64,000 bases of DNA from an uncultured Dysgonomonas sp. (GTDB lineage: Bacteria > Bacteroidota > Bacteroidia > Bacteroidales > Dysgonomonadaceae): assembly GCA_945273835.1 (NCBI GenBank), contig CALYPL010000001.1, forward strand, positions 15,540 to 79,539, read 5' to 3'. The notes beneath the pieces were generated by a model. It saw only the letters and a list, made by a program, of their open reading frames with translations. It was not told the DNA's origin and ran no database searches. Position 1 is the first letter of the stretch; each line of letters opens with the position of its first letter. Below are positions 9,566 to 21,973 of this stretch, one piece after another. The translations under genes and the position numbers were made by a program.

Positions 9566-10474
9566 TTTGTTGAAATTCTTCATTGAAGAATTCTTCATTT
9601 TTTTATTCATTTCAGTGTTTATTTGTTCCACCTGCTGAAGATCGGCATCTGCATTTTGTTTATCACCCATTAGGCTATATAATTCAGCCCGCTTTTGCAA
9701 GATATAAGCATTAAAACTATCTTTAGTCAATATTGTATTATATTGCAGCATGGCACTATCCATCGCCTTCTTTTTCTTATATAATTCGGCCTTTAATAAA
9801 TAACCGTCCCAATTTAAGGTATCCATAGATATAGCCTTCGTGTAATAGGCATTTGCATTATCATATTTATCCATAGAAGTGTACAATGTGCCTAATTTTA
9901 ATATTGCATCTATCTTATAAGTCGGATTCAGCGAAACTACCTTTTTGAAATCGGTCAAAGCCTTTTCATACTGATTTCCGCATTCATAGACCAAACCTCT
10001 GTTATAATAAGCATCGGAATAGTTATCTCTCAAAGATATTGCCTTGCTGTAATCTTTTTCGGCACATTCTAAAGAATCTGCCAACTGATATGCACATCCT
10101 CTATTATAATAAGCCACGGCGTTGGCAGGATTCATTATGACTGGTTTTGAAAGGATTTGCACAGCTTTTATGTAGTCTCCAAGAATATAATATTCATTTC
10201 CAATACTATAATAAACTTCGGTCAACAAAAGATTACGTTTTCGCTGACTGAAAATATCTTTATCGTGTTCAACCTGCCCGATTAGTGTATCGAAAGCTAC
10301 AATGCGCTGTTCGGGACGTGAAATGCTGTCTAAAATAACATGAATTTGTGCTCTGAAATAGTTTAGCCGAGAGTCTTGCTTAATTTCCTTATCAAAAAGA
10401 CAAGAATTTCCTAATAATATAACTGGCAGTAAAATTAAGAGAAGTTTTAAGAAACGTCTATTAGTTCTAAACAT
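9542..10474 (-). CDS. Tetratricopeptide-repeat protein, probable lipoprotein
   Basis: Several TPRs (AYYNRGCAY...A..DYSKAI, AYYNRGLVY...A..DF.KVV); basic N-terminus, hydrophobic core and LGNSC lipobox-like site. Confidence 0.8.
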   Translation of the reverse strand: MFRTNRRFLKLLLILLPVILLGNSCLFDKEIKQDSRLNYFRAQIHVILDSISRPEQRIVAFDTLIGQVEHDKDIFSQRKRNLLLTEVYYSIGNEYYILGDYIKAVQILSKPVIMNPANAVAYYNRGCAYQLADSLECAEKDYSKAISLRDNYSDAYYNRGLVYECGNQYEKALTDFKKVVSLNPTYKIDAILKLGTLYTSMDKYDNANAYYTKAISMDTLNWDGYLLKAELYKKKKAMDSAMLQYNTILTKDSFNAYILQKRAELYSLMGDKQNADADLQQVEQINTEMNKKMKNSSMKNFNKIKKHDSE

Positions 10475-10505
10475 ATATTTGTTTTCTTTGTGCTATTAGT
10501 TATAG

Positions 10506-10513
10506 CAAATATA
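10506..10513 (-). promoter_or_regulatory. -7 box for the TPR gene
   Basis: TATATTTG on the minus strand, 32 nt upstream of the ATG. Confidence 0.55.
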
Positions 10514-10606
10514 TAAAAAAGAAATCAGATTTAACCCTCTTCCTAAAGTATTGAATAAGAATTACATGATTAAACTGTTAATTTATTTTAGTTAAAAACT
10601 ATCAGT

Positions 10607-13489
10607 TTATTTTCTACATATTGTGGAGAATTGACACCACTTGCAAGGTTCGCCTGTTTGTGTTTGAACGAAAGGAATTTGAGGTTCGAAAATCTCGTCA
10701 AGACATGAATCAAACCGCTCTTTGAAATCTTCTCTGAACATTGCAAAATCCGAAACGGTTTCTGTATCTCTATAATTGCGTTGTTTTATAATAGGGTCAA
10801 AATTATTTCCAAACAATTCGCGCAAATAATAGATCCCGGGAGTAACTACTTCATTCGGGCATTCGTACAAATACAAATGGGCATACATGAAAACCTGCAT
10901 TACGGCTTTTGGACGATTTTTCAATTGTTTATCAAACAATTCTTCTATCGTTTTGAAGTGCATATCGCCTCTACCGGTTTTGTAGTCTATTATTCGTGTC
11001 TTGCCTTTTGTCTTATCAACACGATCTATAAATCCTTTTAGAGAGATTGTTCTCCCCGACGGAAGGGGATAATCCTTAACTATTTTTTTTTCAGACTTCA
11101 CGTAAATAAATGGTGTCTGCTTTCGGTCTATGAGCAGAACTTGTTTAACGTATTTACGTATAACCTCACCGGCAAGAAAATTTCGCCCTGTGAGCTTGCG
11201 TACTTTATCTGTATTAAAAAAATTATCTGTGAACGACTGTTCTATAAAACGTGTAAGGGATTCATCGTCATTTTCAATCTTGTGTAGCAAATCGGCGGTT
11301 ACCATTTTTCCTTCCAAGGGGTTATAGATAGACTCCATGACTGAATGGAAAATCGTTCCGAAAGTACTTGCTTCAATGCCTTCCGAGACTTCGTCCGCTT
11401 CGTCCATTCCTTCTACGACCGAAAAATAAAACTGCAATGGGCAATTTAGATATGTATTGATAGCGCTTGCAGAAAGTGATTTGCCGCCAGTGGGAGTAAA
11501 CATATTCATTTTCTCCATAATCTGAGGCGTTTTTTTTACAACTATCGGTGGACTGTCGCTGGTAGAAACTTTATAGACCGCAAGTTTTTCTGTTATATCA
11601 AAACTATCAGGATATAAATATTTTATTTGGTTAAAATACCTGCTTACTTCGCCCGTCTGAAGTCCTTCGGTACGTGTATCGTAGAGTAAGAATATGCGTC
11701 GGGCACGATTTATAAGCCGATAGAAATGATAGGCAAATATACTATCCTGATGTTCGTAAGTGGGCAGTTCGAAACCACGTCGAAGATTGTAAGGTATGAA
11801 CGAATTTGAAGTTTTTTTGGTTGGGAATATGCCTTCATTCATAGACAAAATAATAAGATTTTCAAAATCCAATGCCCGTGTTTCAAGAACCCCCATTATC
11901 TGTAATCCGGCTAAGGGTTCGCCACTGAATGATACACTTGTAGAAGTAACATGTTTTTTTAATAATTTCAAATACGTGTCGATACTCATTTCAGCAAAAA
12001 CGCCCTGTAATGCACCTTCGAGTTTATTTACTGTTTTGTAATATTCTACTATAAATTCGCTTTCTATATCGTAAGACAGAGAGTCAGCTTTGATCTGCGA
12101 ATCCGTATTATTGTCGGAAAGTGATAAATTAATTTTACTCAATACCGATTTAAGTAATGCTCCCAAATCTTTATAGTCCTTGACTGAATTGAAGATTAAG
12201 TTCAGCAACGGATGTATTTTCAGTTCTTCAGCGGGAATAACTATTTTATTATATTTTATGATATTTTGGGCAAGCGCATCGGCTTTTGTTCCAACGATAG
12301 ATTGCACATATCGATGGCTTAGGATTGGTAAAACATTTCGGTAATAAAATGAGTTGTCATACTGATTTCTGTAAGCATGACGGTGCAACTCCGACACCAT
12401 ATCTATAAATCCACTCACCGGGGTATTTGACAAGTTATACCCCATCGTTACGTTTACCTTATCAATTTCTTCAGGTATTGAATAGAGTATTGGCAGAAGC
12501 GCATTTTCGTCAGGCAGAATTATAGCTGTATTTATAGCTTTTTCGGCAGACAGGCTTTTGTCTGCCATTAATGTTTTCAAAATAGTATGCACATACTTGC
12601 CCTGCCCTACCAAGGATGGAATACCAATAATTTCGAGAGAGGGTTTTTCGAGCAACTGATCTTCAGGCATCAAGCTCAATTGAGATGGAAATAAGGTTTT
12701 GTTTTTACCGATAAAAAAAGAAGCCTTGTTGCTACCGTCTTGCACCAGTGGTGATGAATAATCGAAATAAAAATCCGCAATACCACGTTTCTGCAAATAA
12801 CGTAATAATATTTCCTCCGATTTGCTATGTCCATTCAGTCCCACAAAGACAATTTTCTCAAATCCTTCCGCAAAATCTTCGTTACGGGAAGCCATTTCAG
12901 CTACATCCCTGAATATCATGCCTTCATAAGCAAGATCTTTATCAGCCAAACGTTTGCGAAGTTCTGTATAAAGATGGAATAGAACTTCCCACATCTTCAG
13001 AAAGTTTTCTTTCTTTTCATTCGAGCCCACAGGCAAGAAACTTGACCAGAAACGCTGTATGGCTGCTATCTGTTCAGCCGACAAATAACTGTATTCATCT
13101 TCAAGCTCACGCAAATCATAGATATTTCTGAACAATTGACTTGCATCAGCCATATATTTATCAACGTCATCAAAATCGTTGAGCAACATATCACCCCAAT
13201 AATAAAACTCGTCAAAAGTTTCTTCGCTCGAACTTACACTCTTATAAATATCATAGAGATGAAATAACAGTTCAATATTATCCGCTTTCTTATATTTACC
13301 TAATTTTACGAACAGATCGGAAATAGTAAGAATAGCAGGAGAGAAAATAGGTCGATTAGCAACACGCGACAGATATTGCTGGAAAAACAGCCCTGCTCTT
13401 CGGTTCGGAAAAACGAAAGTAAAACGACTTACTGCTAACCCGTAAGTCTTATATAAAGACTGTGCCACGTTCTGAAGAAAAGGTATCAT
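10607..13489 (-). CDS. AddB/RexB-like PD-(D/E)XK nuclease with inactive helicase-like N-terminus
   Basis: FVFPNRRAGLF at the N-terminus; SASAINTYLNCPLQFY, GTIFH, LKGFIDRVD, IIDYKTG, Q..MY; Fe-S staple Cys set (NCP...CKWC...IC). Confidence 0.85.
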   Translation of the reverse strand: MIPFLQNVAQSLYKTYGLAVSRFTFVFPNRRAGLFFQQYLSRVANRPIFSPAILTISDLFVKLGKYKKADNIELLFHLYDIYKSVSSSEETFDEFYYWGDMLLNDFDDVDKYMADASQLFRNIYDLRELEDEYSYLSAEQIAAIQRFWSSFLPVGSNEKKENFLKMWEVLFHLYTELRKRLADKDLAYEGMIFRDVAEMASRNEDFAEGFEKIVFVGLNGHSKSEEILLRYLQKRGIADFYFDYSSPLVQDGSNKASFFIGKNKTLFPSQLSLMPEDQLLEKPSLEIIGIPSLVGQGKYVHTILKTLMADKSLSAEKAINTAIILPDENALLPILYSIPEEIDKVNVTMGYNLSNTPVSGFIDMVSELHRHAYRNQYDNSFYYRNVLPILSHRYVQSIVGTKADALAQNIIKYNKIVIPAEELKIHPLLNLIFNSVKDYKDLGALLKSVLSKINLSLSDNNTDSQIKADSLSYDIESEFIVEYYKTVNKLEGALQGVFAEMSIDTYLKLLKKHVTSTSVSFSGEPLAGLQIMGVLETRALDFENLIILSMNEGIFPTKKTSNSFIPYNLRRGFELPTYEHQDSIFAYHFYRLINRARRIFLLYDTRTEGLQTGEVSRYFNQIKYLYPDSFDITEKLAVYKVSTSDSPPIVVKKTPQIMEKMNMFTPTGGKSLSASAINTYLNCPLQFYFSVVEGMDEADEVSEGIEASTFGTIFHSVMESIYNPLEGKMVTADLLHKIENDDESLTRFIEQSFTDNFFNTDKVRKLTGRNFLAGEVIRKYVKQVLLIDRKQTPFIYVKSEKKIVKDYPLPSGRTISLKGFIDRVDKTKGKTRIIDYKTGRGDMHFKTIEELFDKQLKNRPKAVMQVFMYAHLYLYECPNEVVTPGIYYLRELFGNNFDPIIKQRNYRDTETVSDFAMFREDFKERFDSCLDEIFEPQIPFVQTQTGEPCKWCQFSTICRK

Positions 13490-13706
13490 CTATTCGCTCT
13501 TAATTCTGATACAAAGTAATAAAATAAAAAGAAATTCAAGTATGATTCACGTCAAACTGTATTCGCAAGATCATCTTTACAAGAGAAATCTCACAAAATT
13601 TATACTTTGGTACTCAAATAATTAAAAAAATCTTTTGATGGATTTTGCCTTCGATAAAACTAAAGAATTTAAAGGTTGTCAAAAGATTATATTCTATAAT
13701 AAATCT

Positions 13707-13714
13707 TATCTTTG
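13707..13714 (+). promoter_or_regulatory. -7 box for the beta-galactosidase gene
   Basis: TATCTTTG 27 nt before the ATG. Confidence 0.6.
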
Positions 13715-13719
13715 TATAA

Positions 13720-17094
<3,375 letters not shown>

Positions 17095-17117
17095 AAGTTA
17101 TAAGATACGATATAAAT

Positions 17118-17160
17118 AAAGCCGCCTCACTTGGTGATTATATAGTAAGGCGGCTTTTAT
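17118..17160. terminator. Intrinsic terminator after the GH2 gene, probably bidirectional
   Basis: AAAGCCGCCT ... AGGCGGCTTTT inverted repeat. Confidence 0.75.
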
Positions 17161-17313
17161 ATGAAACAGGATTTAGATTTATATTTTCGTTTAGATGCGG
17201 AAAAATCGCAATGATATTACTTTTAAACAAATATTATTCTGCTCCCCGAAATTTAATTCAGGCGTTTAGGGATTGTCAAGATTGATGAAAAAATATTTAA
17301 AAATATAAGAGAA

Positions 17314-18369
17314 TTAACGAGATGCTAATATTTCTTTGATTGTGGAAATAATGGTTTGAGCATCCTCTTTATTTGTATCTACGGAAGTACTACCATTTCC
17401 ATAAGGCTCATACCGATCTGCTTTAGTTACTGAGAAAAGACCGACGACTGATGTTTGCGAAGCACTTGCAAGATGCATAACACCACAATCACCACTCACA
17501 ATGATATGGGTATTAGCCATAACTGCACACATTTCCCTAACATCGCGACTATAATATGCAGGAGCAGCAAAATCAATTTGCGATACATTCTCTATCGGCA
17601 GAACTTCCATAATATCATATGTATCGGCAAACTCCGAAATCATATACTGATAAAGTTTTTTCCACCATTCTGATGAATAACATTTTGCACCTGTTGCAAA
17701 AGTATAAATACCGATTACAGGCTTATCGCCTGAAACGATGGTATTCATTATATTCTTACCATTCAGAATTTCGGCATCTGACAGTTTTAAATTAAGTGTC
17801 GGCATCGGCTCATTGATTTTTATATCGAAACCCGATTGTATCAAGAAATTACGCAGGTTGTAGACAGGGAATTTAGCCAGATGGTAATAATCATTGAATT
17901 GCTTTGCAAGCTGTTCAACCTCATCATTATAAAATTTCACTTTCGATCTTGAGATACGTGTAGAAAGTCTGCCCGAAGAAGAATTATTTGTGGTATTAAT
18001 AACCAAATCGTAATGCACTTTTCTCAAATCCAACCATACCGAAAGGTATTTAAACAGCTCTTTAAATGGCTTTTTGGGCAAAGAGATGATCCGATCAACA
18101 CTTGAGTAATTAGAAAATAATATCGGAGCTGCTCCGCCTCTGACAAATAAGTCTATTTTACAATCCGGAAAACGAGTTTCGAGCTCTTGTATTAAAGGGG
18201 TCACCAACACCTGATTTCCTAATCGGCTGTTAGGTCTTGAAACCAAGATTCGTTCAATTTTCGGTAATTCGTTGCCGGCAGCTAATGAAGAACTCTGTTT
18301 GCCGATATTTCGTGTAAGACCGTGCATGACGGCCATTCTAATTTTATTGATACGGCTCTTAAAAGTCAT
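17314..18369 (-). CDS. Glycosyltransferase family 9 (heptosyltransferase-like)
   Basis: ILVSRPNSRLGNQVLVTPLIQEL (RxxxxGD/N-type start), VSGDCGVMHLASA...VVGLF signature. Confidence 0.85.
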   Translation of the reverse strand: MTFKSRINKIRMAVMHGLTRNIGKQSSSLAAGNELPKIERILVSRPNSRLGNQVLVTPLIQELETRFPDCKIDLFVRGGAAPILFSNYSSVDRIISLPKKPFKELFKYLSVWLDLRKVHYDLVINTTNNSSSGRLSTRISRSKVKFYNDEVEQLAKQFNDYYHLAKFPVYNLRNFLIQSGFDIKINEPMPTLNLKLSDAEILNGKNIMNTIVSGDKPVIGIYTFATGAKCYSSEWWKKLYQYMISEFADTYDIMEVLPIENVSQIDFAAPAYYSRDVREMCAVMANTHIIVSGDCGVMHLASASQTSVVGLFSVTKADRYEPYGNGSTSVDTNKEDAQTIISTIKEILASR

Positions 18370-18417
18370 ATAATAGTCAGAAAATTATTAAAAAATTTAA
18401 ATTATACACAAATTTAA

Positions 18418-18957
18418 TCAACTATTATATACAATACGATATATACGATCTTTTATTTCGCCAAAGTCGTCATTTAAATCAATGTCACCTATCGACATCA
18501 ACTTCATTGGTATCGGATTATCCCCGTCATGGTAAGCGGGCTGCAAATAGGGTATATCGTCCCAAAGCTTATATCCCAGACGCTGATAAAAACCAATTCT
18601 TCTTTCTGAAAGAATAGTCGTAGGCAGCTCAACCTCAAGAATAACAGGTTTATTTACTTTCTTCATAAACAGGTTCATAACCTTGCCTCCGATACCATTG
18701 TTTCGTGCCTCGGGAGCAATAGCAAAATGTTCAGCAAAGATAAAATCAACCAGATCCCAATATGTCAGAAAACCGACAGGTTTACCGTTCTTTACAACTA
18801 AATCAATTGTATAGTCGGGATTATTATTCCAGAAATCCGTTGAAGTAGACCCGAAACGTCTTTCACTTCGAGGAAAAGACTCAATATTTAAATTTTCCAC
18901 AAAGTCTTTCTCAACAGTACTGGACAAATCCAGTTTTCTTAATTCCATTGTAACCAT
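18418..18957 (-). CDS. GNAT family N-acetyltransferase
   Basis: EHFAIAPEARNNGIGGK acetyl-CoA motif A, VILEVE, RRIGFYQRLGY. Confidence 0.85.
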   Translation of the reverse strand: MVTMELRKLDLSSTVEKDFVENLNIESFPRSERRFGSTSTDFWNNNPDYTIDLVVKNGKPVGFLTYWDLVDFIFAEHFAIAPEARNNGIGGKVMNLFMKKVNKPVILEVELPTTILSERRIGFYQRLGYKLWDDIPYLQPAYHDGDNPIPMKLMSIGDIDLNDDFGEIKDRIYRIVYNS

Positions 18958-19320
18958 TTATAAATTCTCCTTCAAATAAATACCAAATATCTGATGGCAA
19001 AAGCCTTACTCCGAAGATACAAAAATATTCATAAAACCTCATCCGATAATACAACGCAGTTTTCATAAATCAGGAGAAAACTTTGGTTGAAGCATGCAGT
19101 AAAGTACATCACTGATGCAGAGTTCAAATAGGGGATAAAAAATTGTTCTTTAATATAAAAGCAATTCTGAAATTATTATTCAAAGCAATTATATCAATTG
19201 ATTTCAAAGACTTACATAGCAGACTGATTAATGCGACAACATACATTCATTCAACAATCAAAGATTGTTTTTTTTATGGAAAAACATTATTTTTGGCACA
19301 TAAACTAAAAATTTAGCCTA

Positions 19321-19866
19321 ATGATATTTCGATTCCTTTTATTATCGGACGAAGTGGACAACTTCAAACGTGAGATTCAAATAGATGCGGATGATACGTT
19401 CTTCAATCTGCACAAAGCTATCCTGAAATCTGTGAACTATAAAGACGGAGAAATGTCATCTTTCTTTATTTGCAACGATGATTGGGAAAAAGAAAAGGAG
19501 ATAACGCTTGTGGAAATGGATACAACTTCTGAGGAAGACTCTTACACCATGGAAGGCTCTGTTCTTAATGACTTCTTGGAAGATGAACGCCAAAAACTGA
19601 TGTATGTATTCGATTATTTAACTGAACGTGCATTCTTCATGGAACTGCGTGAAATCATCACCGGCAAAGTCCTTAAAGAACCTATATGCACGAAATCAGT
19701 AGGAGAACCACCTCTACAATATGTAGAAACTGAAACTATCGACCTTTCAACTCCAACGATTGAAACAGGCGAAAACTTTTATGGAGACGAAAGATTTGAT
19801 ATAGAAGAACTGGATGCTGAAGGTTTTGACGGATTGAATAACGAGCCTTTGCCAAACGAGGAATAA
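19321..19866 (+). CDS. Conserved protein of the pRiA4b ORF-3-like / IS1096 TnpR-like family, function unknown
   Basis: [36 protein letters not shown]...ERAFFMEL pattern; acidic tail; -7 box TATTTTTG at 19288..19295. Confidence 0.65.
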   Translation: MIFRFLLLSDEVDNFKREIQIDADDTFFNLHKAILKSVNYKDGEMSSFFICNDDWEKEKEITLVEMDTTSEEDSYTMEGSVLNDFLEDERQKLMYVFDYLTERAFFMELREIITGKVLKEPICTKSVGEPPLQYVETETIDLSTPTIETGENFYGDERFDIEELDAEGFDGLNNEPLPNEE

Positions 19867-19871
19867 AACGG

Positions 19872-20798
19872 ATGAAACAGCTGATTGTACTTGTTGGTCC
19901 TACAGGCGTAGGCAAGACAAATTTAAGCCTGAATTTAGCTAACAAGTATAATTGCTCCATAGTTTCAGCTGACTCACGACAATTTTATCGTGGTCTTGAA
20001 ATAGGAACGGCTGCCCCTTCAAAATCGCAGCTTGCTCAGGTAAAACATTATTTTGTAGGTATGCTTGACACTGAAGAGTATTATAGTGTCAGCAAATTTG
20101 AAGAAGATGCATTAAGTGTTATTGCTGATGAGCATAAAACAAATGATATTGTTATAGCCGCAGGGGGATCCATGTTGTATATTGACGCATTATGCAATGG
20201 AATCGATCAATTACCGACTATTGACGAAACCCTTCGTAAAGAACTATACGACCAATATCAGACATCAGGCATTGAACCCATCAGAGCACAATTAAAGCTA
20301 CTCGATCCTGTATTCTACGATCAGGTAGATCTGAAAAACCATAAAAGGGTAATTCATGCTTTAGAAATCTGCCTGATGGCTGGTAAACCATACTCCTCAC
20401 TAAGAACCAATAAGCGCAAAACACGCCCTTTTAATATTATCAAAATCGGATTGATGCGTGAGCGGTCTGAATTATATGAACGAATAAATAAACGGGTTGA
20501 CACAATGATGAGCGAAGGGTTACTTAATGAAGCCCGCCTTCAATACCCGCAACGCCACCTCAACTCCCTCAATACTGTTGGCTATAAAGAACTCTTTAAT
20601 TATATTGATGGGGCATGGACTCTTGATTTTGCAATTGAAAAGATAAAACAAAATACCCGCATATACTCACGGAAACAAATGACTTGGTTTAAGCGTGATA
20701 ATGAAATAAACTGGATTGACTTGTCAGTCAACAACGATGCTGAAGCTCTTGATAAAATTTGTAGAATAGTAGATAATTTCTCATTGGACAATATTTAA
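19872..20798 (+). CDS. miaA: tRNA dimethylallyltransferase
   Basis: [17 protein letters not shown]...[38 protein letters not shown]. Confidence 0.96.
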   Translation: MKQLIVLVGPTGVGKTNLSLNLANKYNCSIVSADSRQFYRGLEIGTAAPSKSQLAQVKHYFVGMLDTEEYYSVSKFEEDALSVIADEHKTNDIVIAAGGSMLYIDALCNGIDQLPTIDETLRKELYDQYQTSGIEPIRAQLKLLDPVFYDQVDLKNHKRVIHALEICLMAGKPYSSLRTNKRKTRPFNIIKIGLMRERSELYERINKRVDTMMSEGLLNEARLQYPQRHLNSLNTVGYKELFNYIDGAWTLDFAIEKIKQNTRIYSRKQMTWFKRDNEINWIDLSVNNDAEALDKICRIVDNFSLDNI

Positions 20799-20888
20799 AC
20801 CAGATCATCCCGATAATTGTGCCAGAAATAACTAAATTAGTGAGCCGAATGAATAAATTCGCCCGATTCTTGAAAACAAGAGCTCTGA

Positions 20889-20896
20889 TATATTTG
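20889..20896 (+). promoter_or_regulatory. -7 box for the YtxH triplet
   Basis: TATATTTG 39 nt before the ATG. Confidence 0.55.
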
Positions 20897-20934
20897 TTAA
20901 ATAAGTAGATGTTTAATAGTTAATATTTAAGATT

Positions 20935-21207
20935 ATGAGTAAAACAGGAACAAACTTACTATTTTTAGCCGTTGGTGCTGCTTTAGGTGCTGCAGTAGGT
21001 TACATAGCCGCTTCTGACAAAAAAGAAGAATGGCTAAAAAATATAAACGATCTGATCGTTAAAGGTAAAGAATATGCACGCAACGCAGCCAGTCAAGGTT
21101 GCGATGAAGCTGAAGCAGTATTGAATAAAGGTAAAAAATTAGCTTCAGCTGCAGTAGAAAAAGGTAAAAGCAAAATTGAAGACTTGCAAGATTCCGTAAA
21201 TGGGTGA
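20935..21207 (+). CDS. YtxH-like membrane-anchored small protein
   Basis: N-terminal TM helix LLFLAVGAALGAAVGYIAA followed by an A/K/E-rich helical region. Confidence 0.75.
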   Translation: MSKTGTNLLFLAVGAALGAAVGYIAASDKKEEWLKNINDLIVKGKEYARNAASQGCDEAEAVLNKGKKLASAAVEKGKSKIEDLQDSVNG

Positions 21208-21577
21208 TTTTGATAGACAAGCAAATCTGAGAGAATTACTCGATGAATTAAGAGTAGAACTGTCAGGCTATATGACTTATAGGCTCAGGTTGTTCAAGCT
21301 TGATGCCTTTGAAAAAGGAGGAATAGCTTTATCTTACCTTGTTTATGGCCTGATAGTTTTTATATTATTCTTGATTATACTATTTTTCCTTCTCTTCGGG
21401 ATAGCATTTCTTATAGGCGATATCATGGGCAACAATTCGGTTGGTTTCGGCATCCTGTTTTTAGCATCCGCACTGGTTCTTATTATTGTTGTTGCAATGA
21501 AAAAGAGAATACGTCGAGCCGTACTCATGAAGGCAATATCATTAATGCGCAAAATAGACTCTAATGAAGAAGAATGA
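21200..21577 (+). CDS. Phage-holin-family-like (YqjE-like) two-TM membrane protein
   Basis: Amphipathic N-terminus (L..RL.LFKLDA.EK), two long hydrophobic segments, basic C-terminus; 8-nt overlap with the upstream gene. Confidence 0.6.
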   Translation: MGDFDRQANLRELLDELRVELSGYMTYRLRLFKLDAFEKGGIALSYLVYGLIVFILFLIILFFLLFGIAFLIGDIMGNNSVGFGILFLASALVLIIVVAMKKRIRRAVLMKAISLMRKIDSNEEE

Positions 21578-21962
21578 GATTACTCCGTTAGACGAGTTAC
21601 GCAAAGAAAAAGCATTGCTCAAAGCCCAGTGTACAAAACAAGAAGAACAATTGTTGCAATATTGGGAGTATGTAAATGAGAATATTGGATATATCTTAAT
21701 CAACGGATTGGTTGATGCTTTTAAACGCAAAATAGGAATAAGCAAAGATTCATCGAGGAAAACGAAAGGCGAACCTCAAGAAACAGGCTCTTCGGTATTG
21801 AATGGGTTGATGAGTAACTTGAAAGGAAACTGGCAAAATATCTATCCAATGATTTGGGAAATAGCACAACCTTTTCTTTGGGATTTTGCACTGAAGAAAT
21901 TCAAATCCCTTTTCAAGTCAAAAAAGAAGCGATCAAGATATTATGACGATGATGAAGATTAA
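21564..21962 (+). CDS. Hypothetical protein, third gene of the YtxH operon
   Basis: 132-aa ORF overlapping the upstream gene by 14 nt; N-terminal coiled coil (LDELRKEKALLK), amphipathic C-terminal helix. Confidence 0.7.
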   Translation: MKKNEITPLDELRKEKALLKAQCTKQEEQLLQYWEYVNENIGYILINGLVDAFKRKIGISKDSSRKTKGEPQETGSSVLNGLMSNLKGNWQNIYPMIWEIAQPFLWDFALKKFKSLFKSKKKRSRYYDDDED

Positions 21963-21973
21963 GAATATATGTC

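Noticed and set aside
19321-19866. IS element suggested by the TnpR-like family name
   Set aside because: No transposase, terminal inverted repeats or target-site duplication; the context is housekeeping.
21200-21577. Holin-like gene as evidence of a prophage
   Set aside because: No endolysin, structural, replication or integrase genes are nearby; the flanks are miaA and an RNA methyltransferase.
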